Notes: generated from the sequence alone by a model not told the origin. A stretch of DNA of 63,811 nucleotides, filler included, from Octopus bimaculoides (GCF_001194135.2; 6 parts of 5 records of this genome joined end to end with filler, not necessarily neighbours in it); one strand, 5' to 3'. Positions 1 through 14,494 are shown, counted from the first letter of the whole stretch. Numbers and translations are program-made.

Positions 1-134
1 ATATTTGTCCTCATCTTGTTTGTTGTTAACACAACATTTCGGCTGATGTACTCTCCAGCCTTCATCAGGTGTCCTGGGGGAATTTCGAACCTGGGTTCTA
101 ATTCCTAAGGTATTTTTCCGATATTAATATTACA

Positions 135-170
<36 letters not shown>

Positions 171-341
171 ATCATTGTCTGGAATTGAATTTGGAATCTT
201 GGGGTTAGTAGCCTGCATTATTAACCACTATGCCATATGCCCATAGGCATACAAGATGAGGACAATCAAGATGAGGACAAGCAAGATGAGGACAAGCAAG
301 ATGAGGACAAATATCCATCAAATGTAAATAATGTACATAAT
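1..341 (-). mobile_element. Hammerhead/tRNA-head foldback retroelement, copy 1 (truncated by window start and N gap)
   Basis: Homologous to 41877-42433; hammerhead fold at 28-73 (-); central palindrome atgcccataggcat; four tandem caagatgaggacaa units. Confidence 0.85.
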
Positions 342-2113
342 NNNNNNNNNNNNNNNNNNNNNNNNNNNNNNNNNNNNNNNNNNNNNNNNNNNNNNNNNNN
401 NNNNNNNNNNNNNNNNNNNNNNNNNNNNNNNNNNNNNNNNNATATACAATGAGCTTCTTTCAGTTTCCGTCTACCAAATCCACTCACAAAGTTTTAGTCA
501 GCCGGAGGCTACAGTAGAGGACACTTGCTCAAGGTGCCATGCAGTGGGACTGAACCTGGAACCATGTGGCTGGTAAGCAAGCTATTTATCACATCTATAT
601 ATTTGTAAATCGGTGACTATTTGGATGGTGGTGAAATATGACTAATGTTACTTAGAATAATGTTTCTGTGAAGCCATTGCAGGTAACAGTGAATACTTCT
701 AACTAATATTTATATGAATCACAGTTTGTCAAATATTTTTGTGTACTAATCAGAATCATATAGATTACTGATTTCACAGGGTACCAGACGACCAGTCTAG
801 AAGATGGAAGTTTAAATTTATGTTACTGGTAGAGTAACATGTCTAGGATTAAGGCACTTCTCACTTAAATGAACCATTCCACTAAGTCTGGGAATAAAAC
901 TATTGTAGGTTAAGTAGGGTTAACTCACTGCTCCAACCAGTATTTCAGTGATTCAGTATGTCGTTATCAGCTTCCCTAAAAGGATAATTTGGCTAACCTG
1001 ATTCATCCTAGACAGACTACATAAAAATGCAGTCTTTTGTGACCTTGATGTAACTCAGTGGTTACATCAAATCTTGTTGTAAGTAATCAATGTTCTAATA
1101 ATTGTAATCGCTAAAATAGTCTGCTGCCGTTATCCATTTCTACAGATAATCTGTTACTATTAGCTGTTTCTAATAACTATCACTCTCTCCGAAGAAGGAC
1201 AAGTGTCCAAAGCTTTAAGTTCTTTCAATTCTCACGGTAAATCAAATCACTGAACTCCTCTAAAAACTTGCCTATTGATAAATTTTTTCAAACACAGTCC
1301 ACTGCTTGTTTCTTTAGGTTTGGGATTTTACTGTATGGCACTAATATTTGCTGAGTTCTATACTTCACAAAGGTCTTCCCAAAGGTTAATAGACTAATCA
1401 GAATTACTCCAGCAATAGAATATTTTAAAGCTATCTAAGTTTCTGAAGTGCAGAGTGGAACTATGACAACAAAGCTATTAGTTAAGGCAATATACATAAA
1501 TACATTACTGAATATATAAATAGCTAGATTAATTTATTTATTTAAATGGACATACAAAATAGAAACAATGCAAACAAAAGAGTTGAGTTGTGTAACTGGA
1601 ATTATAAATAGATAAAGGAAAATTTATGTAGATAGAGTAAATGACTTCAAGGAAGAATTAAACATTTCTTTTACATGATGATTAATTTTGTAAAGAATGG
1701 ACACCTCATTATGATAGCAAGCTGAACCTGCCACTATAATAATGGAAATGATTTATTTCAGAGTTTATTACATATGGACAGTAATTCGAAATAAACAGAT
1801 GCAGTTACTCTCAAAGTAATAACATCTGTAGTTCCCAGACAAAATAAATGCTTTTCACATTAATGGTACAAATTCATTAAATCAAAAGTTCTTTTTGGCT
1901 TACCGTTTCATGTTAGCCTACTCTTAACTATGTGTTTTTTAAGCAGAAGAGAACCATTAGAACTTTTATACTATCAGTATCTTAAAACAAATGTTACTTT
2001 TTCTTAATTCTTTTTCATTTTTGAAGTAAAATGATAATATACAATATATGAAGAGATTTAATATATGATGTAAAATATATTTCAGCAGCTAAACAGAAGT
2101 TGTGTGTTAAAGT

Positions 2114-2516
2114 TTGTTATTGTTGTTGTTGTTGTTGGCACTCCGTCGCTTACGACGTCGAGGGTTCCAGTTGATCCAATCAACGGAACAGCCTGCTCGT
2201 GAAATTAACATGCAAGTGGCTGAGCACTCCACAGACATGTGTACCCTTAACGTAGTTCTCGGGGATATTCAGCGTGACACAGTGTGACAAGGCTGGCCCT
2301 TTGAATTACAGGCACAACAGAAACAGGAAGTAAGAGTGAGAGAAAGTTGTGGTGAAAATGTACAGCAGGGTTCGCCACCATCCCCTGCCGGAGCCTCGTG
2401 GAGCTTTTAGGTGTTTTCGCTCAATAAACACTCACAACGTCCGGTCTGGGAATCGAAACTGCGATCCTATGACCGCGAGTCCGCTGCCCTAACCATTGGG
2501 CCATTGCACCTCCACT
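2114..2516 (-). mobile_element. tRNA-derived SINE (family A), full length
   Basis: A-box tggcccaatgg and B-box gtttcgattcc at head; (aac)n tail; 11-bp duplication tgtgttaaagt; homologs at about 50920-51298 (-), 23144-23430 (+), 47105-47410 (+). Confidence 0.9.
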
Positions 2517-2853
2517 TGTGTTAAAGTATTGACATCGAAATTAGCAAAGCAGGTGCAAGAATGAAATAAGAAACTCAGGGACAAACAGAAGAGTATATAA
2601 AACATGGAACTTTTTAATGTTCACAAGGGTAACAGTTATATTACCCTTGTGACGGTTTCACTGAAATGCAACAATAAATCTAATGAGTTTTATTAATTAT
2701 TTTTGCCAGTGGAACAATTACAAAGGACTTTGATAATATATTACTTGGAAGTGTTTGCTTAAACACTTATTTTATTTATAGAAGGCATAAGATATGTATG
2801 CCAGATACTGTATATTTGGAGATCAGAGTAATATTCTAAACAAAATGTAGTTT

Positions 2854-3032
2854 CAGTTCTATATTTAAGAGATGAGGAATTATGTACATTATTTACATTA
2901 TTTACATTATTTGCATTATTTACATTTGATGGATATTTGTCCTGATCTTGTAGTGGTTAAGAGCGCAGGCTACTAACCGCAAGATTCCAAGTTCAATTCC
3001 AGGCAGTGACCTGAATAATAATGATAATAATG

Positions 3033-3066
<34 letters not shown>

Positions 3067-3540
3067 CATACCAGTGATTGTAGGATCTTTAGGAATGATA
3101 AAAGGTACTGAAACCTATTTGAAAATGATACCAGGCTTACCATCCCTACAGGAAGTGCAAAAAATCGTGCTAACTGGAACAACTCATGTACTGAGAAGAG
3201 CATTATCGCTGTGAAAACAACATCCATTCATGAATTTTTTTTGTTTTCTTAAATACATGTTTTACCTGTGAATTTGCGTGTGTAAACTGGGAATGCATAC
3301 AACGAGTTTCTCTGCCCTAGGTGTACGGAAAACACTCGGCGAGAAATGGAAGAAAATTTGAAGAAAGAAGAAAAAAAACAACATAATAATAATAATAATA
3401 ACATTGAAAAATACCTTAGGAATGAGAACCTACGTTCGAAATTTTCCCAAGATACCTGATGAAGGCTGGAAGGTATATCATCTGAAACGTGTTAACAACA
3501 AACAAGATGAGGACAAATATCTGTCAAATGTAAATAATGT
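2854..3540 (+). mobile_element. Hammerhead/tRNA-head foldback retroelement, copy 2
   Basis: Starts at the fixed end cagttctatatttaaga; flanked by aaaatgt(a/g)gttt duplication (2842-2853 / 3541-3552); degenerate hammerhead about 3451-3495. Confidence 0.85.
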
Positions 3541-6500
3541 AAAATGTGGTTTCGTTTGCTTAACTATTTGTTTAAAAGCAATAAATAATAAAGTAAGGAA
3601 TTTTCATATCTTCTAAAATAAACCCCCTGCCAAAAAACAAAAAAAATAACGTAGTATATAAGTAGTTCTGTTTGGAAATATAACCAAAATTCTTTTTATC
3701 TAAATCAAGTCAAATCAGAAACATTTCTGCGTTGTAAAATTATTTCATCAACCACAGACACAATTAAAATGATTAAGGTGACAGAAAATATTGAAAGTCA
3801 ATATTCTGTAATTTCCTTAATTTCTAAATGTCTTCTCTGGAAATTTATAACTCATCAACATCCTCTCCTGACAAACTGCATTATTAATTGTGATAAGACG
3901 TAGCTAGTAAGAATAGTATACAATTATATTTATCTCCAGCACACTACTAGTTGTTATTCCTTCTTTGAGATCAGTATTCATTCAAGATATCCCTTGGCTT
4001 CACATATACAAATCAGTAAACAAATTTCTAGCTTTTGAAAGCAATATTTCCTTCTTTGCTTGCTCTGATCTACTCTCAACTAAATAGAAATTAGTTCGTG
4101 CCAGTGCTGAGTTACTATTTCATCTCTCATGAAAGTGAGAGACATATTTTCATGCACTGCCCTTTTCAACTGCTGATTTAACTTGCTGCAGCGTGGTAAC
4201 TTGAATAAAGATGGATTTTCCAGTGATCAGCTAGTTTGGTCTGATGATGATTAACTTGTGTTCTCAAGGTCAATTTGTTATAATGTGCATATATTTGTTA
4301 TTATATACAGATGAAAATGGAAATTATACAACCTAATGTTTATTAAACAGAAATATTGCAGATATTTTGATGAAAGCATTTATATTTCATGAGGATTGAT
4401 TTGAATTTATAAAACATAGGAATCCTTTGATGCTATAGAAAGTACTTCAATAGATTCTATTTACCATTATAGATTTCTGTAATAGAATACATGATGAGAA
4501 TTTCCAAATTATTATTAATATTCTACAACATAGAAAAGTCTCTCATTGAAGAACATTTTTCAAAGAAAATTTCCACTATTGTCTCACTTAAAGAATACTT
4601 TAGTCAAGTGCAAACCTTTATCTTGTTTAGAGATGAAAGCAGAATTATTCAATAAATTTAAACTCATGTCTCTTGTATTAGTTACATGTCTATTCCTGCT
4701 TCTTTTAAAGATATTGCTATCTAAACAAAAGTACTAACATTTCATCAATAAATTACTCATGAATAAAACACACATACTAATTCCATTGCAATGATGAATA
4801 GTTATAGCTTTGGTGGTAGCTTATATCGTTGTTGATTTTGTTATTGATCTCAAAAGCATTGATTCTAGTTTATTAGGAAACCTACAAGCAATTAACTGTG
4901 AAGCAAATCTTTGCTCTGAAGACAATCAAATGAAGTTAATATCAACAGAAGCATTCGTTCAAAGAGATTTATTATCACTCTGCATAGAGTGTAATAGGAT
5001 TCTTCCTGCACTTCAGATATTTAAGAATCTAAGGTACATGGGCAAGGTCAAAATGTGTTGAAAAAGCAATAGGAAAACTAATTCATTCAATAATATTTCA
5101 AAGGTTCAAATAGTGGGAAAGATATTATTGTTGGTTTCAGAACAAACACTGTTCTTGATGGAATCAAACATACAGTGGATTTTGAGTTAGGTAATTGGAA
5201 TATAGTTAAGTATAATGTGTTAGATGTGCATACAATCAAACACATATTGAGAGAGAAAGAAAGAAAAAGAAAGAAAAGGAGAAACATTTTCTAATGGATA
5301 ATTTATCAATCTATCATACTGGAGCTTATTAAAAACTGTTTAGCTATAGCAAACATATTACTTTAAAATGCATGATACATAAGTATCCAGTTGGTTAATT
5401 AATTTATTGATGGTTAAAAATATAAAAACAAGGCATTATTCACTTCTACTAGAAGGAAACCTTATATCAATAGTGTATATTAATTCCGATTTTTGATAGA
5501 GTTTGCCTTCGTTGACTTTCTTTTATATTCACTGTATTTGCTTCTATTGGACAATTTGATTTCTACCAAGCAATCTTCAAAATATGATATACTACTTTCT
5601 GTCTACAACACCAATTCCATCCCTATTATCACTAACAGCTAACTAGAAACAGAAGCAGAGCAAGAGTGGAGCAGGGAAGGGAAGTTGCCCTAAGTATAGA
5701 GGCTATGGAGTGCAAAATTTCCTCTGACTTACAATACATTTTAATTACTAATTATGCCTTTGTCTAGCAGAACCTCCCTCTATTCAGTAAATGTGACATT
5801 GTTAAAATATTTGTGTGTACATGAGCAGGCTTGATTCAGGCCTACTTTTTTTTATGTCACTGTATTGTTGTTTAACCATTGTCATTTGTGTGCAAATAGG
5901 AAAGTCCTGTTGGTCCCCATTAGAGAAGTTTAATTTGTTCATGATACAGTGTTACTGACACAAACTGTAGAAGAACACTGCAAAGTTTCGTTTCTTCTGT
6001 GGAAAAGAATTTAGTATACATAACAGACTTATGTAAGATTAGTGCTTTGATCAGGAATAGACATGTTTCAACTGTCATCACAATTCTTAAGATTCTGAAT
6101 GAAGCTCTCTGCAGAAATAATAATTAATATTTCCTCAAATAACATGCTGTCATCTAAAATGAAATAATATACAACTGGACAAAGTGTGCCACAAAATGGT
6201 TTTGAATATTAGTCTGTTTAGTCAGCACTGACTTAGAGCTAGACTATTTATAATATTGAAGTTACCAGCACCAAAGCAAGACTTCTCAATGTAGAAATAA
6301 ATGAGAATGCAGACAAAGAAGCTCTCAGTTGGGAAAGACTATGCACTCCTGTTTGAGACATGATTGTATGACAACACAGACGCTCCCTTGTCGGCTTCAG
6401 AGGTCAGAATATATCAGACAGGCAGTCGTTTTCTGAATGAGGTCTTAATTATAAAAGTCAACAGATGAAGCATTGCTTGAGGTGTTTGAGCAGTTCTCTG

Positions 6501-6923
6501 TTACAGGGTAAACTTGTATGCTTTACAGATAATCAGCAACTGTCATGTTGCTTGTATTTAGAATATCAAGTATTTAGAATAGTCTTGGGCATTTTCTAGT
6601 CTCATCATTTGTTTGATTTGGAGGAAGGAGATGTGTCAAATGCTTTCACAGGCTGTTGTAATCAATACACTTAATGTTCTTTTTGACCAGTTATAAACTG
6701 GCTGCTGCAGGAAAAACACAGAGAGGTGGGAGGCAGGGAATATGAGCGGACTAATGAGCTGCATTAGAAGGATGTGGCATATTTATTATCAGGCTTGGGG
6801 GAGTGGATACAATATGGGTGAAAGGAAGAAAAGGAGATAAGTGCATTGGATTAGCTGAGTTGAAGTGACATTTGACCAACTGCTTCTAAGAGACAGAGAC
6901 CAATGTAATAGCAGGAGAAAAGT

Positions 6924-6964
<41 letters not shown>

Positions 6965-8211
6965 AAGCATATCTGTAGGCTACAGTTTAGAGGAGTAAAT
7001 TAAACTCTATCACTGCCATATAATTTTGAATCTATGATCTATATGCAACCAGTCCAAGAGGTCAGCAGAGATGGAAACATTTAGCATTTGTAAGAATGAC
7101 ATGGCTTTAGTTGTGTGTGGTTATTCACGAGTTGTATGCTAGAGGCAGTGGTATTATTTAACTTCAAGATTAGGCCTCACTGAGCAGATCAATGATTAAA
7201 GGCATTCTAATTGTGACCATCCCAACTTTTATGCAGAGATAAGTATCTTTTCTGGTTATGTAATAATGTTTTGGTGCTATTAAATCATTAAATGAAATTA
7301 AATTTTTGTGCATCAGTTGAAGGATATTTTCACTCTTCATCGAAGATGAACATTCATCATCATCATCATCATCATCTTTTAACGTCCGCTTTCCATACTA
7401 GCATGGGTTGGATGATTTGACTGAGGAGTGGTGAACCGAATGGCTGCACCAGGCTCCAATCTGATCTGGCAGAGTTTCTGATGTCGATGAAACCTGTGTA
7501 TAAAAAGAGGATCATGTGTGTAGCCCACTGGTGTGCAATCTGATTTTAAAATAACAGAAAGTAAATCATTAATAGAAAGAGACCAGGAGAAATAACAAAT
7601 TACTAGGGTATAACTGAAATGACAAAATGAGTGGTTTTCTGTCCAATTGTCTTAATAAGAAGACAAACAGGAAACCTTTTGTGCAATTTGAAGAAAATTT
7701 TTCTGTTATCTCTTGCAGTTTGAGTAACTGATTAGAGCTTCCCTTTTGGTTTGCTGCTGGAGGTTGGTAAATCCAGTTAGCAAAAGGTTTTTATAATGCC
7801 AGACATAAATGCTTAATTTACAAATGTCAAAATGGAACAATTACATTTCAGCAAAATTTTAAGGGTGCCAAATGTTTATTATCACAGAAGTTTTGTTACC
7901 ACCAAGAAAGGAATTTGGTGAAAGAAATCATCATCTGTAATGTTTCCATCCTCTTCAATCTTGAGTCCATCTCTCTATTTGCTCTTCTGGCATTTTTTTT
8001 TTTTTTTGTCTAAAAAATATGATTCTATGATTGAGCCCCAAACAACATCGACCTAGCAGTCATATTCTGGGCTTCACAAAAGTCCCACATGTTTTTATTG
8101 TCACATACAGTCCATATACGAATCAAAGAAATGGTGGAGGCAAGACATTAAGCATAGCTCAATAAAGATCCAAAACTATGTAAGAGTTCTTATTGATATA
8201 ATGTTATTCTT

Positions 8212-8527
8212 CATCATTTACATTATTTACATTTGACGGATATTTGTCCTCATCTTTGTTGTTGGTAAACACAACGTTTCGGCTGGTATACCCTCCAGCC
8301 TTCATCAGATGTCTTGAAATTTCGAACCTGGGTTCTCATTCCTAAGGTTTTTTTCGATGTTATTATTATTACTATTATTTCTTATTATAATTATTATTCA
8401 GGTCACTGCCGGGAATCAAACTTGGAATCTTGGGGTTAGTAGCCCACGCCCTTAACCACTATGCCATATGCCCGTGGGCATATTGTAAATAATATACATA
8501 ATTCCTCATCTCTTAAATATAGAACTG
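8212..8527 (-). mobile_element. Hammerhead/tRNA-head foldback retroelement, copy 3
   Basis: 13-bp duplication taatgttattctt (8199-8211 / 8528-8540); fixed end agaactg at right; intact hammerhead fold 8268-8313. Confidence 0.88.
8268..8313 (-). ncRNA. Predicted minimal type I hammerhead ribozyme
   Basis: gacau-CUGAUGA-a-GGCUGG[agggUAUA]CCAGCC-GAAA-cg-UU-guguu: stem I, core, 6-bp stem II, palindromic ACGU helix III. Confidence 0.7.
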
Positions 8528-11500
8528 TAATGTTATTCTTGTTAGCATATCAAAAGTAACATCCCATATATTGTACATTTTTCCCAGTGGAAAGGAAAAC
8601 CTGTAGAATTATAGTTAAAAACGCCAATAATGCATATAATATGTACACTAAAACCTGAAGAAGTTTGAGCAGTTAATTTCATATCCTGATCACTCAGCTG
8701 TTTTGTATCTTGCCTTTTAATGAAATAAATTCACTACTAAACCATTATAGCTTCTCTACTGTAAAATGTGTTGCTGAAGAACTTTTTTTAAGGAAACACC
8801 TTAAATTTGTTTCAGAGCTTTGTCATCATTTCCCCATTTTCTTTGCTTCTTTTTCCATCTATTATTTGTTGTCTGACACATCAAATGACTTACAATTCTA
8901 AAGGCATTACATAATAATAATAATACTTTCAACCATTAGTTTGTTTATACAAGCTTCATTCCTGTGCAGTCTCAGTATTATCAAAAAGGTCTGATGTACC
9001 TTTTGTACAGAGAGATCATCAAAACATCTTGCAAAGGAGACTTAACAAATTGATCTCATTCATCTTCACTGAGGAATGGAGCTGTCGTTGAGTTCTTTTG
9101 ACTTTCATATTGTAAAATGTTAGAAGAATGTCGCAATCCCTTGAAAGATATAGAAAATGTTCTCGTTGATAGAATGTAGAGATGTTTGACAAGACTTGGT
9201 TTCGGCAGAGCATGAAATTACATGACACAAAAAGAAAAATCGACTCATTTACTTCCTTTAAATCTAATTTCAGATCCTTCAGTGACATCCAAAATCTTAT
9301 CTGCAGCAAATTACTCGCTAATAGCTACATCCAAAGCACTTTTATTTTACATGTTTTATCGAAACTCCATTGGCAAGAAGCTTTTATGCTTATAACTGAT
9401 ATATGCAGCTGATACTATGGGTAGTGTATAATTGAAAAATGTTGTATATTAAGTGTAAGCAATGAAGACATTATTTTAATTTTTCTGTAACATCATGAGA
9501 TGGTGTGAGACAAGCCAATAATAACTTTAATGTAAGCTGGAGAATCCAGTTTCATTTAAGCAACCAATATTTATTCCTAGAAAGATATAATACAATTTTG
9601 CACTGTACAGGAAATCGAGTCTAATCTCATAAGGAAAATAAAATAGTAGAAGTAACAAAACTATTACAAAATAGAAAAAATTCCGAGAAACCATGTTGAA
9701 AGTAATAAAAACAGTAACAATAACTAGATGAAAATCAATATGGGCAAAAAAATAACTGCATTACCAGAAAGAATCTTTGTGTATGCTTTTATGCTCCTTG
9801 AGGTGTAAAATCTAGAGCCTCCTGAGAATTATTCGATTACTTTAGTGGCTTGGATAGTGTGTTAATGTATCATCTTTGAGAAGTAAAAATGTTGAGATTT
9901 TAAATATTTTACTACAGTACAGAATGATAGTATAATGTCATAAAATTGCCAAACACGACTTTTCACTATGTTCTTAATGTATTTTAATACATGTATAAAT
10001 AAACAAATTATGGCTCTTACTCTAGCAATTTATGAAATACCACACACAATTTTCAATAGTCTATTGAACGTAAAATAGTAATGTTCAAATTTGCTTAAAC
10101 TCATTATAGAAAGAAGGAAAGACAAGTAGAAATCTGTTCAAAAGGGTCTAATGGAAATTGATCATTGAAGATATTTTGCTTTTAGTTGCAATACAGAATC
10201 AATGTTATTCTATTATTAAATATAGCTGATGGCTTACTCAGTCATTGAATATAGTCTCTGTTTGAACTACTTGTTAAACACTGGTTTTATCTGATTAACT
10301 GTGATAATGAATCAATGCTACATCAGCTGAATACTTCATTTAGTAATTAAACTAAGTCATTGGATACAATAATTCTTTAACTCAACAACAGAATACATCT
10401 GTTGTTAAAAGGCATTTTTGGGTTGTTAAACCGAAAGGTACATTAAATAGTTGATTCTTAAAAGTAGTTAACCAATATTGTTAGATAATAATAACCAATC
10501 GAGCACAAATCAATTTTGTATTTACTAGTTAAACCAAACCATCTGATTTAGTTTATATCTAGAATTATGTTACTCAGCACCCAATAACCAAGTTGATACA
10601 TCATTAAAAGTATAGGTTTACAACTTACGGTGATTATACTCTTAGCTCTGGAATAGTTATAGGTCATGGTACAAATTTCAAAACAAATATATCTGTAGCG
10701 GGCTGAAAGAAAGATGTGTTGTGCCATACCAATTCGATATGATGTAGCCCACTACTAAATATAGCATATTGATGTAATGCTTGAAGGTTCTCACGTCGGA
10801 GTACCAGTAAACATTGAAGAATTAACACCAAGAAGGAAGAAATGTTATTTGCATATGTTTATTCATTGCCTGACATGTTGTTAAAGAGACAGTAGCAATC
10901 CTAGTGATAGTGACAACAAGGATGGCTTGCCGGTTAGTAGTTGATAGTGTAGAAAAAGGTTGTCTGTCAGTAGAGAGTAAAAGGGTAAGGAATGCGTGGT
11001 GCTGACTAGAAAGGAAGAAAGGGTAAAGGTGATATTGCCGTTCTTGAGGCCGAAAGCCTCTCTTCACATGTCGAATGAAGGGCAAAGGTTAAGGCTGATG
11101 CAAAAGATGTGTCGGCCTCAATTTTATCTTTGCCTGAGATGAGTCTGCTATCGAAAGAAAGTTTGATCAAATAGTTCATGCAACACAATTTCCTGGGAAA
11201 ATGTCAGTCTTGCTTGGTTTGCAGGGTATATATTTTGGTTGCACTACAAATGAGTCAATATTTGAGACAACACTGAAGCTACCTCGACAGTTAGTATTGC
11301 TCCAACCAGATGCTCTGTAATCAGACTGGAGCAATGTATGTTGTGCATTTGAGATGACACACGGCAGACATTTCTTCAACTAATCCACATCAACAAGAAA
11401 ATGTTTCAGTATTACAACAAAAGGGATTAAAAGATTGTACTTGTGCCTTTGCCTGAGAAGATGCAGTCAGAGAACTACAACAGCCACCATATTTAGGACC

Positions 11501-12068
11501 ATTTAAAGTTATTAATCTTTAAATATCTTGTCCACATGGAAACTAAACCCCAGACTATCAGTATTAATTACCTGTCAATTATTTGTCTTGTTTCTAAACC
11601 TTATAATTCAGGCTAGTTTATGAATTATATTGTGTAGTGTAAGGAAGTGTACAAGGTGAAATATTTAAAAGTAATTTGGATAATTTGAGGAATTACATGC
11701 AAAGCATTACATACCTGGACTACAGAACTGGTTAGATTCAATTGAATAGATCTGCTAAAATTTAAAACTTAGGCAATAACTTATATATTAAAAGCAATCA
11801 AAATTGTTTTCCCCAAATTTTAAGTTCAGGTTCTGTTGTGTCTTGGGAGGGTCTGCAACCCAAATGCAAAAACAAGTTTGTATTTTAGGTGTTCTGTTTA
11901 ATTGAATCTTACCAATTGTTTAGTTTCTTATTTTGGAATTGTTTGGTTTTCTTCATAAGTAACCTAATTAGGCTTAGACAATGATTAGATATTGGTGTCT
12001 AGCTTGGGAGGATTTATGGTAGACATATGTGTGTGTGTGTGCGCGTGTGTGAGTGTATGTGTGTGTGA

Positions 12069-12390
12069 AGGTACATGGCTTAGTGGTTAGAGCATCGGAC
12101 TCATGATAATGAGGTAGTGAGTTCAATTCCTGGACTGGGCTGCGTGTTGTGTTCTCGAGTAAGACCCTCTATTTCACGCTATTCCAGTTCACTCAGCTGT
12201 AGAAATGAGTTGCGATGTCACTGGTGCCAAGCTGTATCGGCCTTTTTGCCTTTCCCTTGGATGACACCGGCGGCATGGAGAGGAGAGGCAGTCTTCCATA
12301 AACAACATTGTTTGGACTTGTGTCTCAGAGGGTAACTTTCTAGGTGCAATCCCATGGTCATTCTTGACAGAACGGGTCTTCACCCTTTGT
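12069..12390 (+). mobile_element. tRNA-derived SINE (distinct family)
   Basis: A-box tggcttagtgg, B-box gttcaattcc, followed by a SINE-like body. Confidence 0.6.
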
Positions 12391-12404
12391 ATATGTGTGT
12401 GTGT

Positions 12405-13070
12405 GTGGACAGCTGTGTGAAGAAGTGTCAATCTCTACCAGTGGAGGGAAGCTTTGGAAGAGGGAGACTCAGGAAGACATGGGATGAGGTGGTGAAGCAT
12501 GATCTTCAAACAATAGGCCTCAACGGAGGCAATGAAAAGTGATCGAAACCTTTGACAGATATGCCATGCTTGAGAAGACTCATCAAGCCATGTGAAATCA
12601 CAGTTATGGCCATTGTCAGTGTCACATAACTGGCACCCATGCTAGCAGCTCATAAAAAGCATCATTCGAGCGTTGGACCTCAAGGAGGCAAAGTGGCTGA
12701 TACCAGTGTTGTGCAACTAGTATCTGTGCCCATGGCACATAGAAAGTACCTTCCACTGGGCCTCATCAAGGCAATGACAAATGACCGAGACCTTTAGCAA
12801 TATGCTGTGCTTGAGAAGAAGACCCATCAAGCCAAGTGAAACTGCAGTCGTGGCAGATACTGGTGTCATGCAAATAGCACCCATGGCAGTGGCACATAAA
12901 AGCACCCATTACACTCTCGGAGTGGTTGGCATTTGGAAGGGCATCCAGCTATAGAAACCATTCCAAATCAGACTGGAGCCTGGTGCAACCCCACAGTCAT
13001 GATCAAACCGTCCAACCCATGCCAGCATGGACAACAGTCATTAAATGATAATGAGGATGATGATGATGAT
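12405..13070 (+). mobile_element. RTE-clade LINE 3' fragment
   Basis: ORF end VEG..GRGRLRKTWDEVVKHDLQTIGL; 3' UTR ending aacccatgccagcatgga..ttaaa(tga)n. Confidence 0.8.
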
Positions 13071-14407
13071 CAAGTGCAGTAGTATTTTTTATCTTTTATC
13101 TTTTTCTTGTTGCAGTAATCAGACTGCAGTAATGCAGGGGTCATTGCCATGAAGAATTTCAGTCTAATGGATCGACACACTGTACTCCATTTTGTTTCTA
13201 AGCTTGGTGCTTATTCCATCAGTCTCTTTCAGCCAACTGCTAAGTAGTAGCCTATTTAAATAATACTAACCTCACACTAATATTAGGGTGAACTAAGGCA
13301 GAAAACCAAGCAAAATGCTTCGTGGTATTTCATCCATAGTTAGATTCTGATTTCAAATTCTGCTGATGTCTTCTTTGCCTTTCATCTCTTTGGTATCGAT
13401 AAAATAAGTACCAGTTGAGAACTGGGGTCGGTGCCAAAATTTGAAACCAATATTAGGACGAACTGAATGATGTGTAGAAAATGAGTTCTGTACCTAAGTC
13501 TTTGAAAAGTCATGTTTCTGTAATCTTAAATGAGTGACAAGGCTTGGCATATCAAATTATAAAGAATGAGCAACAAATAGTTTGACATGCCTAAAATATG
13601 ATACAGAAATAGCATGTTTGCATTGTTAAATCTATGAAAGGGGAACCAACATATAACATGATGTGTATGTATATATATATATATATATAAAATGACAGAA
13701 TACATAATTTATACATTAAACAAAACTGAAATTCAATATATGTGAGCTTTTGTTGAGTTAATGTCTGATTATGAATATTTGACATGAAAATTATTATTAC
13801 GGTGTGTGTGTGTGTGTGTACATGTGTGTATATATACATATATGTGCATGTGTATATACATATGTGTGTGTATAAACATGTACATACATAGGTATATATA
13901 TTTGTTTAAACATACACGCACATGTATATACACATCTCAAATGACAAAAATCAACTTATTACATTCTTCTTTTCTTCTTTTTTTTTTCTCTACATATAGA
14001 AACTTTCTCCCTATTCATTATACCTCCTAAACATTACGTGATGAGAAAGGAACGAGAAGAAAGATCATTTCTAAATACTTATCATATTTAAGTATTGAGT
14101 TCCTAATGTTCCAATATGATTCCGAAAAGGAAAAAAAAAAAACTGAACTTATTACAATTATTTAATTTTGTACGAGCAAACACTGAAAGGTAATGGGTTT
14201 TCAAATGGACATTAAGCTATTCACTAATAATTACATTCACCTGAGACTATAATTCATATGACTATTTCGTTAATCTAATGGTTTTGAAACTACAATATAA
14301 TTTAAAGTTACCTTATACAAATGGTCGGTCATAATTATAAAAAAAACATACACATATATATCTATGCACGCATGTAGTTGTTTAATTTATATAGTATATA
14401 TATATAC

Positions 14408-14494
<87 letters not shown>

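Noticed and set aside
1185-1216. Hammerhead-like ccgaaga-a-GGAC[aagt]GTCC-aaag
   Set aside because: Both core segments are mutated (CCGA, no GAAA) and there is no convincing stem I; at most a decayed relic
11041-11070. Minus-strand gugaaga-GAGGC[uuucg]GCCUC-aagaac hairpin
   Set aside because: Core deviates at C3 and at GAAA; single copy
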